64,000 nucleotides of DNA, from positions 5,161,691 to 5,225,690 of the forward strand of contig CBDFKD010000002.1 of the NCBI GenBank assembly GCA_965248695.1. Reading direction: 5' to 3'. The first letter of the stretch is position 1. Every line of letters begins with the position of its first letter. Source of the stretch: Acidobacteriota bacterium. GTDB lineage: Bacteria > Acidobacteriota > UBA890 > WLXD01. Shown here one piece after another: positions 59,005 through 64,000 of the stretch. The notes beneath the pieces were generated by a model. It did not search any database. It was given only the letters and a program-made list of their open reading frames with translations, and was not told the origin of the DNA. Both the position numbers and the translations under genes were made by a program.

Positions 59005-59930
59005 CGCATCGGACCCTCACAGCCATTGTGGTCCTGCCCGCCATCCGGAGCAAGACCGATGGCGAACGTACTGGCCCCCGAGAAGAAGCGCATGATCATC
59101 GCCGCCCTGGTGGAGGGCAACAGCATCCGCAGCATCGAGCGCATGACCGGCTGTCACCGAGACACGATCTGCCGGCTGCTCGTGCGGGTAGGTGAAGGCT
59201 GCGAAGCCATGATGCGCGAGCGGTTCACCGGTTTGCGCCTTGACGATCTCCAGGTCGATGAAATCTGGACCTACGTCCAGAAGAAGCAGGCCACGGTGAT
59301 CAGGTCCGGCAAGCGCGTGAATCCCAAGCATGGTGATCAATGGGTTTTCGTCGCGCTCGATGCCGAAACGAAGTTGGTGCCGCATTGGATCGTCGGCAAG
59401 CGCGACGGCTACAACTCCTACCAGATGATCTCGGAGCTGGCCCGTAGGATCGACGGGCCGTTCCAACTGACCACGGACGCTTTCGCTGGCTACAAGGCCG
59501 CTCTCGGAGTCGTGGCGGCTCGTGGTATCGACTACGCACAGCAGACCAAGAGCTATACGGCCACGAATCCATCCTTCGGACGTTACTCACCACCAAGGGT
59601 CAGCCACTGCACAACTCAGGTTGTGGCCGGAGATCCAGATCCGGAGGCGATCTCCACGAGCTACGTCGAGCGTCAGAACCTGACCATGCGGATGAGTATG
59701 CGACGGTTCACCCGGCTGACGAACGGCTTCTCAAAGTCGCTGCGCAACCTGGAAGCCGCTGTGTCGCTGCACTTCGCCTGGTACAACTTCGTGCGGATTC
59801 ACGACAGCCTGCGGAGCACGCCGGCCGTTGTGGCCGAAGTAGTTAGTACCGAGTTGGCGATGGACGACCTGCTGGCCTTCGAGGCGGGCTACTAATGCTC
59901 GGTGATTTCCACAGGATATCCACAACGGGT
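59005..59930 (+). mobile_element. IS1-family insertion sequence (boundaries approximate)
   Basis: Imperfect terminal inverted repeats around cattgtggtcctg / caggatatccacaacgg; single fused InsAB-like ORF. Confidence 0.45.
59026..59895 (+). CDS. IS1-family transposase (single-ORF InsA-InsB type)
   Basis: N-terminal HTH; C-terminal YVERQNLTMRMSMRRFTRLTNGFSKSLRNLEAAVSLHFAWYNF matches IS1 InsB C-terminus. Confidence 0.85.
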   Translation: MWSCPPSGARPMANVLAPEKKRMIIAALVEGNSIRSIERMTGCHRDTICRLLVRVGEGCEAMMRERFTGLRLDDLQVDEIWTYVQKKQATVIRSGKRVNPKHGDQWVFVALDAETKLVPHWIVGKRDGYNSYQMISELARRIDGPFQLTTDAFAGYKAALGVVAARGIDYAQQTKSYTATNPSFGRYSPPRVSHCTTQVVAGDPDPEAISTSYVERQNLTMRMSMRRFTRLTNGFSKSLRNLEAAVSLHFAWYNFVRIHDSLRSTPAVVAEVVSTELAMDDLLAFEAGY

Positions 59931-60189
59931 GGCGCTCCTGTTGATGATGACCCCCAACATGTTGTGGTCGTGATGTTGACCACGGGACTTCCCGCAGGCT
60001 ACAACAACAAAGACCCGACGGGTTCACCGTCGGGCCTTTGACCAAACCAGTTGTCACCCGGCGTAGGCGCGCCGGGACTTTGATGCTCTGTCGGAGCATA
60101 GGCCGCTCTGACCTTGAGCGTCAAGTCGCACCCGGTGCGTCTGTCGGGTGGCAACGCAGCGCCCGCATTATGCGGGAGGAGTAACTGCA

Positions 60190-60345
60190 ATGCCAACTAC
60201 AGGCAAGACTGCCACCACGTCCGGGATCTACCGGGCCAGCGACTGCGGCTACGAAATCGCCCTCAGCCGAGGGGAACGATTTCCACCGTGTCCGATGCAT
60301 CGGCGTGCTGTGACGTGGACTCTGGTGAGGGCGACGAAGCACTAA
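60190..60345 (+). CDS. Small Cys-containing protein (51 aa)
   Basis: GGGAGGAG RBS 7 nt upstream of ATG; C…CPMH. Confidence 0.35.
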   Translation: MPTTGKTATTSGIYRASDCGYEIALSRGERFPPCPMHRRAVTWTLVRATKH

Positions 60346-60724
60346 CGTAGCCCGACACCGCATCACTGTTGTAACCGAAGAGGTGCCCCATTACCCAATC
60401 GGGGCACCTCTTCCTCGTCTCCAAGAGAGCTTCTAGGGCGTAGGCGTGACGATATACGCCTAGCGCCCACTGGCCGCGTTCGACCTCCAAGAGGAACCCG
60501 CTGATCGGCAGCGATAGCGAGGACAAGAGAGTCTGTAGCTCGCTGGCGAACGCGGGCAAGTCTTCGCTCGCGATGTTGCGCGCTCCGACCTCGGCAATGG
60601 GTTTACCACCCCAAGCTACCCATTCGGCATACGCCGAAATCCGGCCCGCTTCGTAGTCGGTGATCATTTTTTTGAGATCACTCCGATCCGGCGCGCTGTC
60701 GCCCTCCATTAGGCTAACAGGCAC
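60263..60724 (-). CDS. Hypothetical protein (153 aa)
   Basis: ORF only. Confidence 0.4.
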   Translation of the reverse strand: MPVSLMEGDSAPDRSDLKKMITDYEAGRISAYAEWVAWGGKPIAEVGARNIASEDLPAFASELQTLLSSLSLPISGFLLEVERGQWALGVYRHAYALEALLETRKRCPDWVMGHLFGYNSDAVSGYVSASSPSPESTSQHADASDTVEIVPLG

Positions 60725-60809
60725 AAACGCTCCTCGAAACGGCCAGCAAAATCCGTACCAAACTGACTTTCAGTGACTTTCATAATGGGACACTACCCAT
60801 ACGAGATCA

Positions 60810-61424
60810 CTACCCTGGCAGGCGGCCGGGGCTGGCGCGAACGCCGAGCACGGTGTTGGTTTCCGGGTCGATGTCGCATTGGTAGGTGTGGTTCTGCCAA
60901 GCACCGAGGCCATTTTGGAACTGGATCTTGTCGCCGATCAGGGTGAGGGTTCCGGCAGACTGATCCTTCCAGCGGAAGCGGCTGAACTTTGGCTCAAGGA
61001 AGCCGTCTGTCCACTGGTGGCTGTATTGCGCTAGCCGCTCGATGCGGTCTTCGCAGTACACACCTGTAGAGATGTGCCTGTTGCCCCAGCAGTTGAGGTC
61101 TTGCCGACAGGCCGTGTCGCTGACCGAAGGTGCGGAAGACGAGCCTGACCCTGGGTCATCCGTGCTGAGGACGTAGACGCAAAAAGCCAGTCCTAGCAGA
61201 AGCATCACCACACATCCCATGGCGGTCTTGCTGGCCTGCTTTTTCTCTGCAGCCGCCGTCTCGGCGGTGAGGCTGGGTGCCGAGTCCTCGGGCTCGGGGG
61301 CTGCAGTGGCTGGGGGCGCGGCCGCGGCCGGATCCTCCGTTCCAACCGGGCAACCGCACTGCGGACAGGCTGCCGCCTGGTCGGAAATCTGAGCCTTGCA
61401 TTCAGGGCATTCGATCAGAGCCAA
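60810..61424 (-). CDS. Zinc-ribbon membrane protein (N-terminal CPEC…CPQCGC, one TM, Cys-containing C-terminal domain)
   Basis: Motifs directly read. Confidence 0.5.
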   Translation of the reverse strand: MALIECPECKAQISDQAAACPQCGCPVGTEDPAAAAPPATAAPEPEDSAPSLTAETAAAEKKQASKTAMGCVVMLLLGLAFCVYVLSTDDPGSGSSSAPSVSDTACRQDLNCWGNRHISTGVYCEDRIERLAQYSHQWTDGFLEPKFSRFRWKDQSAGTLTLIGDKIQFQNGLGAWQNHTYQCDIDPETNTVLGVRASPGRLPG

Positions 61425-61714
61425 CGTCGGTTTCCCCGTTCAGCGTTCACCGACCCTCGGGTGAGGTCGGCCTGTAGCGTGTAGAGCCTGCCGTAGCAGG
61501 CGCTCTCGGTCCTCCAGCGCGCTCCCCACGCGGCCTTCTCATCTTCTCCTTGTGTTAACAGACATTTGTCTAGTATGGTCTGCCACTTTGGATTAGAGCA
61601 CACACGTACGGATACCGCTACCGGAAGCAGCCCCCTCGCCTCCCGGTTCGGAATGCTGGGAGGCATAAAGCATGGAGTGGATTGCGGCCAGTTTCGGATT
61701 TCTAGTCGGGGTCA

Positions 61715-62119
61715 TCATCGGTGTTCGATGGGGCGTAGCTTCGGTGCTGCGCGTGGCTCGGGATCGTCGCCGTATTCGGCTCCGAGTTCCCTAACAATCT
61801 TTTCAAGCTCGTCTACGTCCGCTTCGTATTCTTCTTTGATCTGGAAAAGCAAATCCATCAGGCGGAGGGTTCGTATGCGCGAGCGCGTGAGCCCCGGCAG
61901 ATGAACCGCCAAGGCATCAATGAGCCCCTGGCCGCTCGGGTGCGACTTGCCCGTGATCCAGTTACTCAGCGTCGGTTGTGGGACACCTATTAGGCGGGCA
62001 GTAGCGCTCTTGTTCATGCCGCTTTCCTCGATCGAAGCCTCGATCGCCGAGCCCAGGTACCGCCTGAGGTAGATGTGTCCGTGTTTCTTGCGGGGTCGCA
62101 CGCGATCAATACTTAGCAC
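61715..62119 (-). CDS. XRE-family HTH protein (divergent partner)
   Basis: MNKSATARLIGVPQPTLSNWITGKS. Confidence 0.55.
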   Translation of the reverse strand: MLSIDRVRPRKKHGHIYLRRYLGSAIEASIEESGMNKSATARLIGVPQPTLSNWITGKSHPSGQGLIDALAVHLPGLTRSRIRTLRLMDLLFQIKEEYEADVDELEKIVRELGAEYGDDPEPRAAPKLRPIEHR

Positions 62120-62181
62120 TTCCTGCCGACGGGTGCCGGAAAGCTATTGCGCTATCCAGTGAAACAGGTTATCTTTCTTCT

Positions 62182-62415
62182 ATGAGATTCAGCAGAGAAA
62201 CACTCCGATCTGCACGGGAAGAGGCGGGAATGTCCCGCGAGGACGCTGCCTTCTTCTTGCGGCAGTCTGGAAACGGTGTGTCGGTACGCACACTGCTTAA
62301 TTGGGAGAGCGGTCGGTCGGAACCGCCGGCAGGCCAACTCGTGAATTTGGCGAATTTGTACGGCGTGAACCCAGTTGCATTTTTTTCACCAGATTCAACC
62401 AGTAACGCAGCCTAA
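62182..62415 (+). CDS. XRE-family HTH protein (Cro-like)
   Basis: MSREDAAFFLRQSGNGVSVRTLLNWESGRS. Confidence 0.65.
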   Translation: MRFSRETLRSAREEAGMSREDAAFFLRQSGNGVSVRTLLNWESGRSEPPAGQLVNLANLYGVNPVAFFSPDSTSNAA

Positions 62416-62547
62416 GACGAATACTCATACTCGACGAGGTCGCATAGAAACCCCATGACGCTACCGAACGCAGACACCCACACGCCACTGCGGAATCAGG
62501 CGGGTAGCGCAGTGGGCGAGGCCATCGTCACGCTTCTCATGGAGCTT

Positions 62548-62712
62548 CGCCGGAGAGCCGATGAGCTAGAAGAACTTCTCATCGAAAGCGTCGATGACCC
62601 ATCCGACCTCGACCACGAGCGCGTCAAGGCTCTCGAATACAGCCAAGCCGGTATCAGGCCCCATACCTTCGCCGAAGACTACGCGCGCGACCACAAGCGT
62701 ATCCATTTGCAC
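62548..62712. repeat. Second copy of the 165-bp duplicated segment
   Basis: Identical to 57727-57892. Confidence 0.9.
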
Positions 62713-63432
62713 TTTTGGGGGTGCAGAGAAGACGAGGGTCGCGATTTTTGCGTTGTGTACCAGGCGGGGCTTGGTGACGGCGATGAACGTTTTGGGCTGG
62801 CCAGCGGATTCGTCATCGACGAGAGCGTTCAAACGGAAGCGCTCGGGCATCGCGGCGACGACCGAGAGCAATTTGTGCTTGTTCCGGTTGTCCAGTCTTC
62901 TCAGAAGGGAGAGGGGCGCCATCACGGGATCGTCACCTTGGTACGGCTGAACTCGCTCGATCAAGGATCTGGCCTCAGCGGGAAGGCTGGCAATGCGCCG
63001 AGCCCCGCGCGATTCGTATGCCCGTTCGGAGTCGAAGATCGGAAACAGGGTCAGTGTGTCATCAAGATCCGCCCCAGAAAGCTCCCAGGCGATGTAGTCG
63101 AGCGAGCACCGCAGGTTGTGGATGCAATCGCCGATGGTCAGCGCCCACTCACTACTGGGCAAAGCAGGAGGATCTTTGACGCGAGCGACGTAGCGGACTT
63201 CGTCGATCTCAGCCTCAACGACGATTCGATAGAGGTTCGCTTCAAAGAAGGAGTCAGTTTCTCTTTTAAGCGCTTCGAGGTGCTGTCTCGCCCGACGAAG
63301 TTTGGCGCGACTTCCATCAAGCCCCAATTGGCACAGCTCCTCGGGATTGAGGTCGACGACGACGGGGAGGCGGCGTGAGCGGCGTGAGGCTAGTCGAACT
63401 CGACGCCTTCCAGAAGCTCGTCGACGGTGCAT
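62566..63432 (-). CDS. Hypothetical protein (288 aa) with possible HEPN-like Rx4-6H motif (RLDNRNKH); antisense ORF 62455..63378 is an alternative
   Basis: Diverse composition with amphipathic helices (IHNLRCSLDYIAWELS); downstream of and overlapping minus-strand HTH gene; C-terminal 50 aa lie in the 165-bp repeat. Confidence 0.4.
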   Translation of the reverse strand: MHRRRASGRRRVRLASRRSRRLPVVVDLNPEELCQLGLDGSRAKLRRARQHLEALKRETDSFFEANLYRIVVEAEIDEVRYVARVKDPPALPSSEWALTIGDCIHNLRCSLDYIAWELSGADLDDTLTLFPIFDSERAYESRGARRIASLPAEARSLIERVQPYQGDDPVMAPLSLLRRLDNRNKHKLLSVVAAMPERFRLNALVDDESAGQPKTFIAVTKPRLVHNAKIATLVFSAPPKVQMDTLVVARVVFGEGMGPDTGLAVFESLDALVVEVGWVIDAFDEKFF

Positions 63433-63650
63433 TCCAGGGCGCGGGCGATCTTCGCGACGTTCTCGATTCCAGGGCTTCTTGTGTTGCCGCTCAGAATCTT
63501 GTTCAGCTGGCTTCGAGCCATCCGCGCCCGATAAGCCGTCTCCTCGATCGAGATTTCCTTCTCCTGGATTACGGCTCGCACACGCTGCCCAAACGTCAAG
63601 CTCATGCGCCAGACGCTATTCGTGTGAGTTTCCCCCATCAATCTTCGCAA
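63390..63650 (-). CDS. XRE-family HTH protein
   Basis: ISIEETAYRARMARSQLNKILSG. Confidence 0.6.
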   Translation of the reverse strand: MRRLMGETHTNSVWRMSLTFGQRVRAVIQEKEISIEETAYRARMARSQLNKILSGNTRSPGIENVAKIARALECTVDELLEGVEFD

Positions 63651-63657
63651 ATACTAC

Positions 63658-63704
63658 TTGACGAATCTGCAACTTCTCTTGTATAAATATAGACAGCGCA
63701 GATT
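63658..63704 (+). promoter_or_regulatory. Sigma70-like promoter (TTGACG-18-TATAAA) flanked by 6-bp inverted repeat ATCTGC/GCAGAT, between divergent HTH genes
   Basis: Directly read. Confidence 0.5.
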
Positions 63705-63731
63705 TGCAAGGTCATAACCGGAAGCTCGATC

Positions 63732-63941
63732 ATGGATAATCGCATCAAGGAAGAACGCGAAAAGCGGGGCATGACTCAAATGGCCTTGGCTGTCGCCGCT
63801 GGGCTCCACCCAGGACACGTCAGCCGGATCGAAAACGGCTCCGGCTGCGAGCTGAAGACTGCACGCAAACTCGCTGACGCGCTCGAAGTAACCCTCGATG
63901 AGCTAGTCGGGCCGCGACGAAGCTGCCTAGGAGCCCCATGA
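63732..63941 (+). CDS. XRE-family HTH protein (Cro-like)
   Basis: MTQMALAVAAGLHPGHVSRIENG. Confidence 0.7.
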   Translation: MDNRIKEEREKRGMTQMALAVAAGLHPGHVSRIENGSGCELKTARKLADALEVTLDELVGPRRSCLGAP

Positions 63942-64000
63942 CGCTACCGAGCCCCACCACCCCCACGCCACTGCGGAGTGAGGCGAACGGCGCAGTCAAC

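Overview
High-GC (about 65%) bacterial window. The PVC-type heme-binding/membrane-bound-dehydrogenase protein suggests a Planctomycetota/Verrucomicrobiota/Acidobacteriota/Gemmatimonadota-like lineage (inference). Three zones: (1) 1-27.1 kb, a chromosomal locus dominated by exported redox enzymes and ABC transporters. It holds two Tat-signal FAD oxidoreductases (one a pseudogene), two tandem Tat-signal Rieske non-heme-iron oxygenases, a PVC-type CxxCH heme protein, a PQQ-dehydrogenase, a Gfo/Idh/MocA oxidoreductase, a betaine/choline-type ABC system and a ribose-type ABC system. It is interrupted by an IS256-family element and carries two copies of a roughly 450-bp structured non-coding repeat with compensatory stem changes. 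(2) 27.1-55.7 kb, a siphovirus-like prophage module: two DNA methyltransferases (one ParB-fused), terminase, portal, P22-like coat, head-tail genes, tail chaperone with -1 frameshift, a 1618-aa tape measure protein, Dit, a repeat-containing tail fiber, a lysis cassette and a toxin-antitoxin-like 3-gene cargo. It lacks integrase, repressor-switch and replication genes within the element. (3) 55.7-64 kb, a mosaic region next to a class-II tRNA-like gene, with IS1-family elements, a duplicated 165-bp segment and tandem divergent HTH (CI/Cro-like) pairs. Several genes carry frameshifts or deletions (gene decay or assembly errors). No rRNA or CRISPR array seen.
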